Positions 63,084 through 64,000 of a stretch of DNA of 64,000 bases are shown here, piece by piece. Made by a program: the position numbers and the translations under genes. The stretch comes from Camelus ferus. Taxonomy: Eukaryota. Location: contig NC_045696.1 in assembly GCF_009834535.1 (NCBI RefSeq), forward strand, positions 109,866,001-109,930,000. Reading direction: 5' to 3'. Under the pieces are notes generated by a model, which had not been told where the DNA came from, ran no database searches, and was given only the letters and a program-made list of their open reading frames with translations. Numbering within the stretch: the stretch's first letter is position 1; every line of letters begins with the position of its first letter.

Positions 63084-64000
63084 TTATTTATTTTATATTG
63101 ACATACATTGTGATTTTATACTGATAATTCCAATTCAAATTCTGGACTAAAGAATTGTCACTAAACTTTATCAGTCTCACAACTGTCCCCTTTCACTCAC
63201 ATTAAAAGTCTCAGTTCTCAATGACACAAATATAATGATTCTTTTGCTCTGTCCCACAGCATGCTCGCACACAAAGACACACACACACATATCCCAGTGT
63301 CAGAATGAATAATACTAACCTACCACCCACAACATAATTACTGAAATGATGTAAGATCCTTTTTGCAGTCCTCTTTTGCATCCCACGAGGGATGTACAGT
63401 AAAAATTACCATGGTTTAAAAAGTCACTTGGAATAGTTCTTCTCTGTGTGATTATACCATCAGTTTGATACATAGTTGGATTCATTTGTTGCCTTCTCTT
63501 TTTGATTTTTAGGGCTTGCTTTTTCAGATTTAATTTTGTTTTAGAATTCTGTAAAATGTTTGCATGGTTCCAAAGTCACCTCCACATAACAAGAGAGATT
63601 AAAACAACTTTAGTGTCTATTTCTTTTCCCTCTACTCTTCTCCTGTAAGTGATCATTTAAAAACATTCATAGTTTGATTTTTCCACTTTTTCAATTATAA
63701 GCAAATACATATGCATATAGTCATATCCCTTCCTCTTTCTTAGATAAGTGGTAAAATGACATCCCACTCCACCTTGCTTTTTATCTCAACAGCATATCCT
63801 GGAGATTATCACTCCATAATAGTTATAGAGCTAGTCCTCATTCCTTTTGCAGATATATCATTGTTTTATTCAACTAGCCCTCTATTGATAGGTATTTGGG
63901 GTGTTTCCAGTCTTTTGCCATCATTCATAGAACTGAAATAAATGGTCTTATGCATACTTCTTGTTCAGGTTTTCGCCAGCATGTCAGTGGGAGAGATTCT
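61615..64000 (-). mobile_element. Old L1 (L1MC/MD-like) 3' region, antisense
   Basis: ttattatgagaagttcaaacatat...gtataatgaaccc...; ccctctattgataggtatttgggtgtttccagtcttttgc. Confidence 0.7.
63023..63082. repeat. (TG)/(TA)n microsatellite
   Basis: gtgtgtgtatatatata...tatatgtatatat. Confidence 0.95.

Larger units (their letters stand above)
37377..64000 (-). other. BFSP2: BFSP2 intron 1 (partial; exon 1 outside the window)
   Basis: No phakinin head-domain ORF (~160 aa) appears upstream of exon 2 in the window. Intron 1 is tens of kb in other mammals. Confidence 0.8.

Noticed and set aside
1..64000. CRISPR array, operon, or prokaryotic/viral defence-type system
   Set aside because: No regularly spaced repeat-spacer array and no dense coding; the window is ordinary repeat-rich mammalian intronic and intergenic DNA.

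Overview
This is mammalian genomic DNA, very probably camelid: it carries nine copies of a tRNA-derived SINE resembling vic-1 and many young L1 3' ends. The only supportable protein-coding feature is BFSP2 (phakinin/CP49, a lens beaded-filament intermediate filament protein) on the minus strand. Exon 2 (37294-37376, 83 nt), exon 3 (34291-34447, 157 nt) and exon 4 (33097-33258, 162 nt) are intact, in frame and bounded by GT-AG. Exon 1 should lie beyond position 64000. I could not find exons 5-7; they most likely fall in the 100-N assembly gap at 20299-20398. The rest is intronic or intergenic sequence dense in transposable elements: L1, MIR, L2, MaLR/ERV LTRs, and hAT and Tigger DNA transposons. 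Nearly all ORFs in the supplied track are spurious or TE-derived. I see no convincing new biological system. The best leads are modest: the missing 3' exons, a 25-bp hairpin inside a MER63-like element, an unidentified insert flanked by a 17-bp duplication, a duplicated L1/MLT1A junction, and candidate lens regulatory sites. Repeat family names come from recalled consensus sequences, and repeat boundaries are approximate unless a target-site duplication (TSD) is quoted.
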